64,000 bases of DNA from an uncultured bacterium (lineage in GTDB: Bacteria > Bacillota_I > Bacilli_A > RFN20 > CAG-826): the NCBI GenBank assembly GCA_949299165.1, contig CASFZJ010000001.1, forward strand, positions 67,504-131,503, in the 5' to 3' direction. Below are positions 1 through 10,728 of the stretch, piece by piece. Position 1 is the stretch's first letter; every line of letters starts with the position of its first letter. A program made the position numbers and the translations under genes. The notes below the pieces were generated by a model. That model saw only the letters and a program-made list of their open reading frames with translations. It was not told the origin of the DNA and searched no databases.

Positions 1-116
1 GCTTCTTCTAAAGAATTTGTAATCTCAAAATAAGGTTTCTTAAAAAGCGCTAAAATAGCTTCACTATCAACTTGGTTTTTGGCGCATCCAAGCGAAATCA
101 ATGCAATTTTTTTCAT

Positions 117-1565
117 CTATCGGTTATATTTCTTATTTAAATTCTTAATATATGGAATAACTTCAACAAATTCGCTAAAATCTGTCATTCTATATGCCCA
201 GTTTGAACCTCCTAAAGTTCCTGGCACATTCATTCTTGATTCGTTGTCTTTCCATAAATAATCTTGAGTAGGAATAATAGCAATTTCACAAACTGAAGAG
301 AAAATTAAATTGAATAATTTGTCTTTTACACTTCTGCCTTTAACACCTTCTCTTCTTAAGATGATTTTTAAAAGTTCGATTTCATTTTCTTTTAAATTTT
401 TATACCATCCACGGAGTGTGTCATTATCGTGAGTTCCCGAATAAATAATTTGATTTTCACCAACTTTAAATTCTGGATTGAATATTGTAAATTCAAGAAC
501 ATTCATCCCCTTTAAGTGATATTTATCACGTAATTCTAGGACGCTTGGGAATAAATCACCTAAATCTTCAGCGATAATTTTAATATCTGGATGTTTTTCG
601 AATAACATATGGAATAATTCATCGCCATATGCGTTTTTCCATTCACCAACAATAGCAGTATCGCAATCTCTATCAACGGCCCAATATGTATCAAAAGCTC
701 TAAAATGATCAATTCTAATAATATCAAATAAAGATGCAGCAAATTCAATTCTTTCCGTCCAGAAAGTGAACGCATCTTCTTTCATATATTCCCAATCATA
801 AATTGGGTTACCCCATCTTTGACCAGTAGCTGAGAAATAATCTGGTGGTACGCCAGCAACTTCTTCAGGAATGTCGTTTTCATCGAGTTTAAATTCATCT
901 TGATTTGCCCAACAATCACTACTGTTTCCACCAACATAAAATGGAATATCGCCCATTAATTGAATATCTTGCTTATTGATATACTCTTTTAACTTTTTGA
1001 ATTGTTTAAAAGCAATAAATTGACACCAAATAATGTAGTCAATCTCGTCTTTATATGGAGTAAAGTCAAATTCATGGCGATAATGTGCGTATCTTTCCTT
1101 TTTGTCCCAATACCACCAATCTAAATAATTATTTTTTAAACTTAAAATAGTAAATTGAGCATAATCTACTACCCAAGGATTATCCTTAACAAATTTTTTG
1201 AAAACTGGTTTTTCTAGTAAATCTTTATTATTAGCAAACGCTTCTCTTAAAAATTTTTCTTTATATTCTCTTACAGGTTGATAATCAACAAATTTCTTAT
1301 TTTTGTTGAAAGGTTTAACGTTTTCAATCAATTCTTCTTTCTCTAATTCATATAAATCTATATAAATAGAGTCAATTGCGTGACCACAAATTGATTGATA
1401 TGGACTATTGCCATAACCAGTAGGATTTAATGGGAGGATTTGCCAAATTTTGATGCCTGCTTTTTTTAAATAATCAGCAAATTGATAAGCACACTCCCCG
1501 AAATCTCCAATCCCAAAATCACCAGGAAGAGAACTTATTGCCATCAATATACCATTGCTTTTCAT
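117..1565 (-). CDS. malQ: 4-alpha-glucanotransferase (amylomaltase, GH77)
   Basis: 482 aa; motifs ISSLPG, WQILPL, SPYQS, GDIPFYV, GVPPDYFSATGQRWGNP, RIDHFRAF, AEDLG, YSGTHDNDT, MNVPG. Confidence 0.96.
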   Translation of the reverse strand: MKSNGILMAISSLPGDFGIGDFGECAYQFADYLKKAGIKIWQILPLNPTGYGNSPYQSICGHAIDSIYIDLYELEKEELIENVKPFNKNKKFVDYQPVREYKEKFLREAFANNKDLLEKPVFKKFVKDNPWVVDYAQFTILSLKNNYLDWWYWDKKERYAHYRHEFDFTPYKDEIDYIIWCQFIAFKQFKKLKEYINKQDIQLMGDIPFYVGGNSSDCWANQDEFKLDENDIPEEVAGVPPDYFSATGQRWGNPIYDWEYMKEDAFTFWTERIEFAASLFDIIRIDHFRAFDTYWAVDRDCDTAIVGEWKNAYGDELFHMLFEKHPDIKIIAEDLGDLFPSVLELRDKYHLKGMNVLEFTIFNPEFKVGENQIIYSGTHDNDTLRGWYKNLKENEIELLKIILRREGVKGRSVKDKLFNLIFSSVCEIAIIPTQDYLWKDNESRMNVPGTLGGSNWAYRMTDFSEFVEVIPYIKNLNKKYNR

Positions 1566-1732
1566 ACAAAAAAATTATATGTAAAAATTGATTTAATGTA
1601 AATATAGGAAAAATACAAAAAACTCTATAAAAATTATATTTTTTCTAGGAAAAACGTATAAAAAGTGCTACTTTTTTAAATTTTTCTTAGGGTTTTGAAA
1701 AAAAGTAGTGTTTTAAACCTTAATTTTAATTG

Positions 1733-1762
1733 TTGACAGTTGAACAATTGTTCAACTATAAT
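1733..1762 (+). promoter_or_regulatory. sigma-A promoter with ArsR/SmtB-type palindromic operator filling the spacer
   Basis: TTGACA at 1733-1738 and TATAAT at 1757-1762; the 18-bp spacer is the perfect palindrome GTTGAACAATTGTTCAAC (TGAA-N6-TTCA core); directly upstream of an ArsR-family gene. Confidence 0.88.
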
Positions 1763-1780
1763 ATTTATGGAGGTAAGGTT

Positions 1781-2125
1781 ATGGTAGTTGATACACCAAT
1801 TGTAGATGAAGAAAAAGTTAAAGAAACAAAAGCTAGAATGATTTCTGATACAGAAATATATTCAGTAAGCGATTTTTTCAAAATTTTTGGAGATTCTACT
1901 CGTTTAAAAATTCTTTGTGCTTTAGAAAACAACCCACTATGTGTTGGTGATTTATGTAATGTTGTAGATATTACTAAAAGTGCCGCTAGTCATCAATTAA
2001 ATATTTTAAAAGCTAATAAGTTAGTTAAATTCAAAAGACAAGGTAAAAATATTATTTACATGTTAGATGATGAACACGTTTTGATGATTATTGAAACAGC
2101 ACGTAAACATTTGGAGGAAAAGTAG
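1781..2125 (+). CDS. ArsR/SmtB family metal-sensing repressor (CadC/CzrA-like)
   Basis: FKIFGDSTRLKIL, LCVGDL, SAASHQL helix-turn-helix and an alpha5-type metal site DEHV..H.E. Start moved from 1730 to the ATG at 1781, after RBS GGAGG at 1769-1773. Confidence 0.9.
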   Translation: MVVDTPIVDEEKVKETKARMISDTEIYSVSDFFKIFGDSTRLKILCALENNPLCVGDLCNVVDITKSAASHQLNILKANKLVKFKRQGKNIIYMLDDEHVLMIIETARKHLEEK

Positions 2126-2126
2126 A

Positions 2127-2342
2127 ATGAATATGGTATGTAAATTTAGCGGGATTGATTGTGCCGTTTGTGCTTTAAAGCTTGAAGAAAAAATTAAAAA
2201 ATTAGATGGAGTTATTTCTTGCAATATAAACTTTTTAGCTGAAAGAGTTGATTTAGAAGTTGAAAACAAAGATGTTTTTGAAAAAATAGTTGAGATTTGC
2301 AGAGATTTTGAAGAAGGTGTCACTCTTAAGAGGATAAAATAA
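2127..2342 (+). CDS. heavy-metal-associated (HMA) domain protein, CopZ-like or split N-domain of the ATPase
   Basis: GIDCAVCALKLE CxxC motif; start moved to the ATG at 2127 after GGAGG; stop overlaps the ATPase start. Confidence 0.85.
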   Translation: MNMVCKFSGIDCAVCALKLEEKIKKLDGVISCNINFLAERVDLEVENKDVFEKIVEICRDFEEGVTLKRIK

Positions 2343-4249
2343 TGAAAAAGAAATTTGATTTGTCGATACTAATTATATCTACCATCGTCACTATTACTCT
2401 ATTAATAATACACATCTTATGCGGATCAAATTCTCTTGGCATTAGTGATGTAAACACCTTAGTAATTTTACCTATCTCGCTCTTTTTCTATTTACTTGTT
2501 GCATATGATTTGTTTCTAGAAGCTTTTCATAAAATTAAAAAGAAAAATTTCTTTGATGAAGTTACTTTATCATTAATCGCAACTATTGCTGCTTTCGCGA
2601 TTGGCGAATATGTCGAAGCTTTAGCAGTTGTTGTATTCTTCCAAATAGGTGAAAACTTTGAAAAATATGCAGTTAATAAAAGTAGAAATTCAATTAAATC
2701 AATCCTCAATTTAAGACCAGATCAAGTTGTTTTATATAAAGATGGCGTCGAAACAATTGTCGAACCATTTGATGTTAATATTGGAGATTTATTTATTGTA
2801 AAATCAGGCGAAAGAGTACCAATCGATGGAATTGTTGTTAAAGGCACTTCTTCGCTTGATACTTCTTCAATGACGGGAGAAAGCATACCTCGTAAAATTA
2901 AAGAAGGCGAAGAAATTATTAGTGGAGTCATTAATCTTGGTTCGCCAATCATAATTAAAGCTGCAAAAGAATTCTATAATTCAACCGTCTCTAAGATGCT
3001 TGATCTTGTAGAAAATGCTACTTCTCAAAAAGCAAATTCAGAAAGATTTATAACAAAATTTGCTAAATACTATACACCAATCGTAATTGCTTTAGCTGTA
3101 ATTGTTGCGATATTTCCACCACTTTTCATTAATTATGCTTCGCAAGAGGTATGGCTAAACTATATTAGAACAGCTGCTAGTTTTTTAGTTATTAGTTGTC
3201 CATGTGCACTCGTTTTAAGCGTACCAATGAGCTATTTTGTAAGCCTTGGCGAAGCAAGTAAAATTAAAACGCTTATTAAGGGTTCGGTATATCTTGATAA
3301 ATTAGCAAATGTTGAAAATATTGTTCTCGATAAAACTGGCACAATAACAAAAGGAAACTTCGCTGTTTCTTCTATTAATCCGATAGATGAATCAGAAAAA
3401 GAAAAGTTAATTAAGTTAGCTAGATATGGCGAATATTATTCAAATCACCCTATCGCAAAAGCAATTTTATCTAATAAAAAATCTGAATTAGATGAAAAAT
3501 TAATATCTGATTATCAAGAAATTGATGGCCGAGGCACAAAAAGCAAATATAATAACAAAACTTTACTTGTTGGAAATGCTAAATTGCTTAAAGAAAATAA
3601 TATTCTATTTGATGAAATCAAATCCCCTTTCACTTTAATTTATGTTTCCTTCGATGGTAAATACATAGGATATATAGAAATTAAAGATCAAATTAAAGAA
3701 TCATCTATTGAAGCTATTAAAAACTACCACAAAAATGGTGTTAAAAACGTTGTAATGCTTACTGGAGATAACGAATCAATCGCTAAAGCTGTTGCAAAAG
3801 AGAGCGGAATTGATCAATTTTATGCCAACTTATTACCACTAGACAAAACCGATAAACTAAAAACTATAATGAACGATTGTTTAAAAGGTTCAACAATCTT
3901 TATCGGAGATGGAGTTAACGATGCACCAAGCTTAACTACTGCTGATATTGGTATTTCGATGGGTGGCGTCGGAAGCGATATTACCATTGATTCTAGCGAT
4001 GTTGTCATTATGGATGACGATATCAATAAGGTAAATAAAATTTTCAAAATAGCAAAAAGAAACAGAGTTGTTGTATATGAAAATATTATATTCGCGCTAT
4101 TTATAAAAACTCTTGTAATGATTCTTTCTTTAATTCCTAATTTGCCAATTGCCGAATATATTATGTGGTTTGCAATATTTGCCGATGTTGGTGTTACTGT
4201 AATTTGTGTATTAAATTCATTAAGATTAACCTTACATAAATATAACTAA
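2342..4249 (+). CDS. cadA: Zn/Cd/Pb-translocating P1B-type ATPase
   Basis: TGES, SCPCAL, DKTGT, HP, TGD and GDGVND motifs; C-terminal FADVGV typical of the P1B-2 group. Confidence 0.93.
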   Translation: MKKKFDLSILIISTIVTITLLIIHILCGSNSLGISDVNTLVILPISLFFYLLVAYDLFLEAFHKIKKKNFFDEVTLSLIATIAAFAIGEYVEALAVVVFFQIGENFEKYAVNKSRNSIKSILNLRPDQVVLYKDGVETIVEPFDVNIGDLFIVKSGERVPIDGIVVKGTSSLDTSSMTGESIPRKIKEGEEIISGVINLGSPIIIKAAKEFYNSTVSKMLDLVENATSQKANSERFITKFAKYYTPIVIALAVIVAIFPPLFINYASQEVWLNYIRTAASFLVISCPCALVLSVPMSYFVSLGEASKIKTLIKGSVYLDKLANVENIVLDKTGTITKGNFAVSSINPIDESEKEKLIKLARYGEYYSNHPIAKAILSNKKSELDEKLISDYQEIDGRGTKSKYNNKTLLVGNAKLLKENNILFDEIKSPFTLIYVSFDGKYIGYIEIKDQIKESSIEAIKNYHKNGVKNVVMLTGDNESIAKAVAKESGIDQFYANLLPLDKTDKLKTIMNDCLKGSTIFIGDGVNDAPSLTTADIGISMGGVGSDITIDSSDVVIMDDDINKVNKIFKIAKRNRVVVYENIIFALFIKTLVMILSLIPNLPIAEYIMWFAIFADVGVTVICVLNSLRLTLHKYN

Positions 4250-4426
4250 TTTCCAAAAAACTTGCAAAACCTCTATAAAAATGAAAAAAACTCTGGAAAT
4301 AATTTAAAATTTCTGGAGTTTTTTTAATATTTTCCATGTTTTTTCAATATTTCCGGAATTTTTTTAAAAAAAACATTAGAAAAATGCAAAAAAATAGTAT
4401 TTTTTAAACATTGAAAATTAAAAAAT

Positions 4427-5638
4427 TTATTTTTTAAGTACTTTTGCTAAGCCACCAATTGAAGTTTCTTTATAATCTTTAGATAAGCTCTCACCGGTTA
4501 TTTTCATTGTTTTTACTATTTCATCAAATGACACTTTATTTTTTCGAATTGGTGCTAAATCTTTTGCATAAATATAACTTATCAAACTTCTTAAAGCGCC
4601 AACCCCATTCCTTTCAATGCAAGGAATTTGAACATAGCCATTTACCGGATCGCAAGTTAATCCAAGAAAATGTTCTAAAGCAAGTTCACTCGCGTATTCT
4701 ATTTGATATAAAGACATCTTTTTTAAATAACATAAAGCGGCAGCTGTAATACTAGAAGCACTTCCGATTTCCGCTTGGCATCCTAGAGCGGCACCGCTTA
4801 TTGAAGCATTCTTTTTGATAAAATTAGTCATCAATCCTGCAACTTTAAGCGCATTAATGATGTCTGTCCTTTTTTCTCCTTCAAATTTATATTCATAATA
4901 TAAAATTGCTGGTAAAACGCCACAACTTCCACAAGTAGGTGAGGTGACAACTATGTCTCCATCAGCATTTCCTTCACTAGCGGCATAAGCAAAACTTGTA
5001 ATCATCAAAACTTTCTTCTCGAATAAATCAGTTTCTTTTAAAGCTTTTTGATAGATATCTTTAGCGACTCTTTTTACGCCTAATGTGCCAGGTAAATAAC
5101 CTTCAATATTTAAATTAGATTCAATTTCATGAATCATCGCTTCGAAAACATTCTCTAAAAATTTATTAATATCATTATCTTCAAATTCATTAACTACTTT
5201 TGCAATATCTTTATCTTCTTTCTTATTTAGGTAATTTTTCATTCCATTAAATGTTTCAAAAGGGTAAATCAGTTTTTTGAGAATTCTTTTTTCACCTTTC
5301 CTTTCAATTTCTCCTCCACCAACTGAATAATATCTTTCTTTTGCAACTAGTTCATTATCTTTAAATGCATTAATATCTAATGTGTTAGGGTGCTCAATGT
5401 TATCAAAGGTATAATGGAAATTAATTTTTGTTGGAAATTTTTTAAAACTTTCTAAAAGGATTTTATCAGTGCCATGACCTTTCCCAGTTAATGCTAAACT
5501 GCCATATAAGTCAATCACAACCAAATCAAAATCTTGATATCTATTTAAGAAATCTCTGGCAATGTTATATGGACCAATTGTATGTGAACTACTTGGTCCT
5601 GGTCCAATTTTAAAAACGCTTTTAATGGATTCCATCAT
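4427..5638 (-). CDS. sdaA: L-serine dehydratase, Fe-S dependent, single chain
   Basis: IGPGPSSSHTIGP, YGSLALTGKGHGTD, SPTCGSCG, GCQAEIG, GLTCDPV, PCIERN. Confidence 0.95.
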   Translation of the reverse strand: MMESIKSVFKIGPGPSSSHTIGPYNIARDFLNRYQDFDLVVIDLYGSLALTGKGHGTDKILLESFKKFPTKINFHYTFDNIEHPNTLDINAFKDNELVAKERYYSVGGGEIERKGEKRILKKLIYPFETFNGMKNYLNKKEDKDIAKVVNEFEDNDINKFLENVFEAMIHEIESNLNIEGYLPGTLGVKRVAKDIYQKALKETDLFEKKVLMITSFAYAASEGNADGDIVVTSPTCGSCGVLPAILYYEYKFEGEKRTDIINALKVAGLMTNFIKKNASISGAALGCQAEIGSASSITAAALCYLKKMSLYQIEYASELALEHFLGLTCDPVNGYVQIPCIERNGVGALRSLISYIYAKDLAPIRKNKVSFDEIVKTMKITGESLSKDYKETSIGGLAKVLKK

Positions 5639-5883
5639 AAGTCAATTCCTCTAAAAAGTTCACTTAAACTAATTCCAAGTCCAGTTGCAATTTTTATCAG
5701 GACTTTAATTGTTGGGTTTCTTGTTCCTCTTTCTAAATCACTCAAATAATTTTTATTAATATTGCATTCTAAAGCAAGGTCTTCTTGAGACCATTTTTTT
5801 AGTTGACGAAGATATTGAATTCTTTTACCTAGTTGATAACAAGAATCAGTTATGTTTGTGTTCGTTTTCTTCATATGTTTCAA
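5635..5883 (-). CDS. XRE-family helix-turn-helix regulator
   Basis: LGKRIQYLRQLKKWSQEDLA...YLSDLERGTRNPTI; overlaps the whiA 3' end and the sdaA start. Confidence 0.9.
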   Translation of the reverse strand: MKHMKKTNTNITDSCYQLGKRIQYLRQLKKWSQEDLALECNINKNYLSDLERGTRNPTIKVLIKIATGLGISLSELFRGIDL

Positions 5884-6832
5884 CCATTTTCCTTAATTTA
5901 ATAAAAAGGTGATTAATATTGCTTTTTGATACTGTTTGATCAAGTTCATTCGACACAAGTTCAGCAAGTTCGCTGTAATTTGCTTCAGGATTGTTAAGAC
6001 GCATCTTACAAAGCGTTTTTAATTTAACGTTTTGAATGTTATCGATTCCAAGTTTATGATCGATATATTTAATTTCTTCAATTTGTTTTTTAGAATTTTC
6101 AATTGTTTTCTTAAAATTATATGAATCGCAATTCATAAGTCGATTTGTTGAATTAGAAAAATCTCTATCCATACGAACGTTTTCAAATTCTAGGCAGGAA
6201 TTGTTTGCGTTTATAAAAGCTAAAAAGCTTGCAATTTGATCACTTTTTTTAAGATAAATTACATAACGTGAACGTCTTTTTATAACTTTAAAATCAAATT
6301 TAACACTTTTGATTTTGTTTATCATTTTTATAAGTGAAAAAGCATAGTCTTCATCATTTACTACAAGTTCAAGATGATAGTTGGACGAAACTGGATCAGT
6401 ACAACTTCCACTAGCTAAAAATGTACCAATTAAATAACCTTTAATTTTGTCTTCTTTATCCTGAAGTTCATAAGGAATCTTATTTTCTAAAAGTTTCATT
6501 TTTAAATCTTTAAATAAAACTTCAACATCAGAATTAATATTAATTAAATATTCAGTTGCTTTATAAAGTTTCATGCTTTTTAAATATGAAAAATTCATTA
6601 ATAAAAATGGGTAGTTTTCTTTAAGAATTTTATATAAAAATTTTGCGGTTGAAGGAGTTTCGGTTTTTAAAATTAATCTGTCGTGATTATTTGAAAAAAC
6701 AATGTTTCCATTGAGCTTAATAAAAGCGGCAATAATCGATTTTGCAGCTGATTTTTTTGTCTCAAGCGTTGCTATTTCATCTTTAATTGAATGCGTAAAT
6801 GATATTTTTTCGTTCATGTCTAAATAATACAC
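5846..6832 (-). CDS. whiA: DNA-binding protein WhiA
   Basis: SFTHSIKDEI N-terminus, GTFLASGSCTDP..YHLE, YLKKSDQI..FL, NRLMNCD, R.NNPEANYSEL, SKSNINH; true start may be the ATG at 6817. Confidence 0.9.
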   Translation of the reverse strand: MYYLDMNEKISFTHSIKDEIATLETKKSAAKSIIAAFIKLNGNIVFSNNHDRLILKTETPSTAKFLYKILKENYPFLLMNFSYLKSMKLYKATEYLININSDVEVLFKDLKMKLLENKIPYELQDKEDKIKGYLIGTFLASGSCTDPVSSNYHLELVVNDEDYAFSLIKMINKIKSVKFDFKVIKRRSRYVIYLKKSDQIASFLAFINANNSCLEFENVRMDRDFSNSTNRLMNCDSYNFKKTIENSKKQIEEIKYIDHKLGIDNIQNVKLKTLCKMRLNNPEANYSELAELVSNELDQTVSKSNINHLFIKLRKMVETYEENEHKHN

Positions 6833-6910
6833 TTAAAAGTGTAAAAATAAAAAGAGAAAATTGTTCAAATTTTTATTAATCTTTCGTTTAATAATCATTA
6901 AAATATTTAT

Positions 6911-7930
6911 ATGCGCACAGTTTTAACAAAAAGGAAAGTTTTCAGAATTATTGCCTATTCATTTACCATAATTTTACTTATTCTTTCTTCGACTCTTCCT
7001 TTTGTTAGAGCTGATGGAGTTGAATTATTTTTAGTTCACTTTTTTAATCCTACATCAGGTGAAATTAGTCAAAATATCGTAAGTTTATATGGGATTATTT
7101 TACCGATAGTTTCACTACTTTCCCTTATCATTGATTTGGTTAATTTTAAAAGTCACGAATACTATAAAGATGTATTTAATACGTGTTTAAAGGCAACACT
7201 TTTAGCAGCTTATATCTTTACTTTAATGAACTATTTTAGAGTAATTTATCCTGATGGATTTTTAGTAAGTGGAGATGTTTCATTTTTATACACTGGATTT
7301 TACCTTTTTATCTTTTTTTTAATTGCATATTTTATAAACATTGTTCATAAATGCGACAAGCTATATCATATACGTCGAGATGAATTTAAAAACGCACCAA
7401 TTACTTACGATAAAACTAGAAGAAAATATTACGCTGTTGTTCAAATTTTCTCTTTAATAACTCTATTTTGCTTTGTTTCTTTACTCTTCGTTCCATTTGT
7501 AAGAAATTATCAAAATTACATGATTGAAGAGGGTTTTACAGAGATTTTAGATAAAAGAACCAGTATTGATTATTATATTTTCGCAATGTTCGATAAAGAT
7601 TTTAACCTTAATATTTTAGGTTTAACTTTGATGTTTATTTGCATTTATACTCCAACCACATTACTTCTTGTACCTAAAAAATACACTTATATTCAAATTT
7701 TAATTTCTTCTATTTTTAATTTAATTTTATTCACAATTGCAATTGTAGTTTCTTGCGAAAACATCAATTTAATTACACCTAAAATATATTTAGACATTGA
7801 TCCTGTTTCTTTAGTTTTCATAACTTTAGATTTACTTTCTCAAATCGTTTTAATTGTAATCTGTTCAATGTTAATTAACTATCGTAGAAAGGAAATGAAA
7901 CATGTTGATAAAGACGTTAACAAGTTATAA
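6911..7930 (+). CDS. polytopic membrane protein, unknown function
   Basis: 339-aa ORF with about 8 hydrophobic segments; both halves begin with a TM followed by PFVR. Confidence 0.7.
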   Translation: MRTVLTKRKVFRIIAYSFTIILLILSSTLPFVRADGVELFLVHFFNPTSGEISQNIVSLYGIILPIVSLLSLIIDLVNFKSHEYYKDVFNTCLKATLLAAYIFTLMNYFRVIYPDGFLVSGDVSFLYTGFYLFIFFLIAYFINIVHKCDKLYHIRRDEFKNAPITYDKTRRKYYAVVQIFSLITLFCFVSLLFVPFVRNYQNYMIEEGFTEILDKRTSIDYYIFAMFDKDFNLNILGLTLMFICIYTPTTLLLVPKKYTYIQILISSIFNLILFTIAIVVSCENINLITPKIYLDIDPVSLVFITLDLLSQIVLIVICSMLINYRRKEMKHVDKDVNKL

Positions 7931-8804
7931 TCCATTCCCTTTTCCAGTAACTGAACAATTAAAACCATGGTGCCGGCAAATCACTTTAATCTTTTTAGCG
8001 TTTTTATTTGTTTGCTATCCTTTTATGTATTTTATGGGCAAAAAAGCTCGAACAAATAATAAAATTCGTGATTATTTTACGATGACTATCGGATTAATTT
8101 TAATTTCAACCGAAATATATAAACAAATTTTATTCGCTTTTCACTATAATTTTGACACTTATAGATGGTTCCTTTTCCCATTCCAACTTTGTTCAATTCC
8201 AATGTATACTTCAGTAGTTATGCCTTTAATTAAAAATGAAAAAATAAGAAAGGCACTATTTGCTTTTATGGCATTTTATGGAATGCTTGGTGGTTTATCA
8301 GTTGCTATATATCAACAAAGTGTCTTAACACGGGAAGATTATAGTTTAGATTATCAATCAATTATTTGGCACTTTGCCTTAATTGCACTAGGAATTTATT
8401 CAGCAACCTACCTAAATATCGGTTCAAATGAATTTAAAAAAGAAGCTAAAATATATGAATATGGCACATTCACATTTGTAATTTTCTTAATTGCGGCTGA
8501 AATTATCAATTTACTCATTGTCTTAAATCATGGATATAACGAATATACATGGGGCGGAAACATGTTCTACATTTCAATGTTTATGTTTAACCTTGATATT
8601 CCTATTTTAAGCACGGTCACATCTACTTGTGGATGGTATGTTGGATTTATTGGATATTCGTTTGTACTAATGCTTGGTGGATTTGCTATTTTTAGTGCAT
8701 ATTATGGGATAAATCGATTATCGAAAAAGATAATAAAAACTAAAAAATATCAAAAATTTCAACAAAAAATAACAAATTTTAAAGAGAATTTAAGAAACCG
8801 TTAA
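7902..8804 (+). CDS. YwaF/TP0381-like integral membrane protein
   Basis: Hydrophobic; FPFQLCSIPMY, WHF and NMFYIS resemble YwaF-family motifs; two CGG codons (7974, 8331) probably read as Trp. Confidence 0.65.
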   Translation: MLIKTLTSYNPFPFPVTEQLKPWCRQITLIFLAFLFVCYPFMYFMGKKARTNNKIRDYFTMTIGLILISTEIYKQILFAFHYNFDTYRWFLFPFQLCSIPMYTSVVMPLIKNEKIRKALFAFMAFYGMLGGLSVAIYQQSVLTREDYSLDYQSIIWHFALIALGIYSATYLNIGSNEFKKEAKIYEYGTFTFVIFLIAAEIINLLIVLNHGYNEYTWGGNMFYISMFMFNLDIPILSTVTSTCGWYVGFIGYSFVLMLGGFAIFSAYYGINRLSKKIIKTKKYQKFQQKITNFKENLRNR

Positions 8805-9264
8805 TTTCATTTTCTCCAAGGTATAAATTTTCAAATCTTCCATCTTTAATTTCGTACAAAGATGGTGTTCCAAAATAATATGTTTCGTTTAATGAACTAG
8901 GTTTAGTTTGTTCCATTTCTCTAATCAATACATTGCGGTCATAATTTGCACTTTTAACTTTAAATTTATTTCTATTAGGCACACCACCATCACCAGAATT
9001 TAAATCGAAAAGATATATTTTTAATGTTTTTTCCCCGCTGTTTAATTTATCAAGATAATTAAATAAGTTTGTTTTAACATTTTCACAATGCGAACACTCA
9101 ACTTGATATAAATCAATAAAATAATGTTCTTCTTCTATTTGATAGAAATTATCGATGTAATCAAGAAAAAAATTACTGTATTCACTGTAGCTTCTAGTCT
9201 CATTTTGACCACAAGAAACAAGAGTTAAAAACAAAAAAGATATGAGAATTGCAGGCTTTTTCAT
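8779..9264 (-). CDS. lipoprotein with thioredoxin-like CxxC
   Basis: Signal peptide and lipobox LVSC; CSHC motif; GTPSLY cis-Pro-like motif. Confidence 0.65.
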   Translation of the reverse strand: MKKPAILISFLFLTLVSCGQNETRSYSEYSNFFLDYIDNFYQIEEEHYFIDLYQVECSHCENVKTNLFNYLDKLNSGEKTLKIYLFDLNSGDGGVPNRNKFKVKSANYDRNVLIREMEQTKPSSLNETYYFGTPSLYEIKDGRFENLYLGENEINGFLNSL

Positions 9265-10358
9265 TATTTTATAGGTTTTCTATAGAAACTTCCGTAAACT
9301 TGTTCCATTGGCATAACGTTAATAAAAACATGTGGATCGGCTTTTCTACAAATTTTAACAACTTTCTTAGCTTCACTTTTTCTAACTGACATATAAATAA
9401 CAAACATTGATTTTCCAGTATATCCACCCTTGGCATCAAGAATTGTACATCCATGTGGAATATTAGCTAAAACTACGTTAGATAAATTATAGTTTGACGT
9501 CATGATTTGAAGTTCAACTTTCTTATTTTGAATGTTAATTGTATCAACAACAACAGTCACAAGAACCATGTAGAATAAAGTAAATAAGAAAATAACTAAA
9601 GCTGTTGGCACAGCAACTTGTCCCATTTCATGTTGAGCGAAAACAGAATTAATTGGAATAGTACTTAAAATGCTAAATGTACTTACAATAATTAAATTAA
9701 ATAAAGCGGACCATTTGCCAATTTGAACACTCTTTCTTTCGCTTATGTAATAAGCAATTATGTCAGTTCCGCCTGCTGTTGATTCAATATGGTATGCAAG
9801 GGCACTAGCCATTCCAGTGCAAAGACCACCAAAAAGAACACGACTAACAATATCTTGTCCTAAAGAATATGTAACAAGGTTAATAAAATCGTTTGGATCA
9901 GAATTCGGCAAAACGATACCAAAAACAGAGGCAAGAGCGACATTAATTAATGAATAAAGTGCGAATCTTTTACCAACTTTAAAGAATGCAAAGATAAATA
10001 AAGGCACATTAATACCAAGATAAAGGCACCAATATGTGACATCAAGCAATGTATTATTTGTTAAATAAGTTCCACCACAAATTTTGATAATCGATAAGAC
10101 AACTTGACTAAGTCCACTAGCGCCACAGCTTGCTAAAGTTTTAATATTTAAACCTTCTACAACATTAAAAGCCTCTTCACTAATATTTGCGATTGCACCA
10201 TAATTAGGTTGAATAAAGGCTTTAAAACCGAAAGCAAAAATAAAACTTGATAAACAAGTAATCAACAAACAATAAATATTATCCAACACATCTCTTTGCG
10301 TTGGATGGTCAAACATATAATCGATAATTTTTTTCTTAAATTTCTTCAAATAATACAT
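9264..10358 (-). CDS. YitT family membrane protein (DUF161 + DUF2179)
   Basis: GASGLSQ, INVPLFIFAFFKVGKRF, STAGGTDIIA; C-terminal HGCTIL.AKGGYTG...DPHVFI. Confidence 0.88.
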   Translation of the reverse strand: MYYLKKFKKKIIDYMFDHPTQRDVLDNIYCLLITCLSSFIFAFGFKAFIQPNYGAIANISEEAFNVVEGLNIKTLASCGASGLSQVVLSIIKICGGTYLTNNTLLDVTYWCLYLGINVPLFIFAFFKVGKRFALYSLINVALASVFGIVLPNSDPNDFINLVTYSLGQDIVSRVLFGGLCTGMASALAYHIESTAGGTDIIAYYISERKSVQIGKWSALFNLIIVSTFSILSTIPINSVFAQHEMGQVAVPTALVIFLFTLFYMVLVTVVVDTINIQNKKVELQIMTSNYNLSNVVLANIPHGCTILDAKGGYTGKSMFVIYMSVRKSEAKKVVKICRKADPHVFINVMPMEQVYGSFYRKPIK

Positions 10359-10728
10359 ATGAATTATCTTAATAATTCATACTTTAAAAAACAAGAAAAT
10401 ATTTAGCTTTTTTATCTAAATTCAAAAATATCAAAAAGGTACTTTTTTACAAAAAAAACCTGCAAAAATTAAATATTTTCTGGAAATTTTAAAAATTTCC
10501 CCAACTTTTTTAAAATTCCCTATATTTTTTTTAAAAACCAGTACTTTTTTAAAATCATATTTTCCAAAAATTGTAACCTCAACAGAAAAAGTAATTAGTA
10601 AAAGAAATTAGTAAGGATTTCCGCGTTAATGAACAATAAACATTTTTTCTTAACAATAATTTTATTATTGTTTAGAATTTATTTTAGTGATATGCTTTTA
10701 GTTGCTTATTTTAGATGAGGTATTTTAA

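Noticed and set aside
6140-6145. CGA-to-Trp reassignment (as in Absconditabacteria)
   Set aside because: CGA encodes the conserved Arg of the WhiA NRL motif and fits Arg in the ATPase GRG, so only CGG appears changed.
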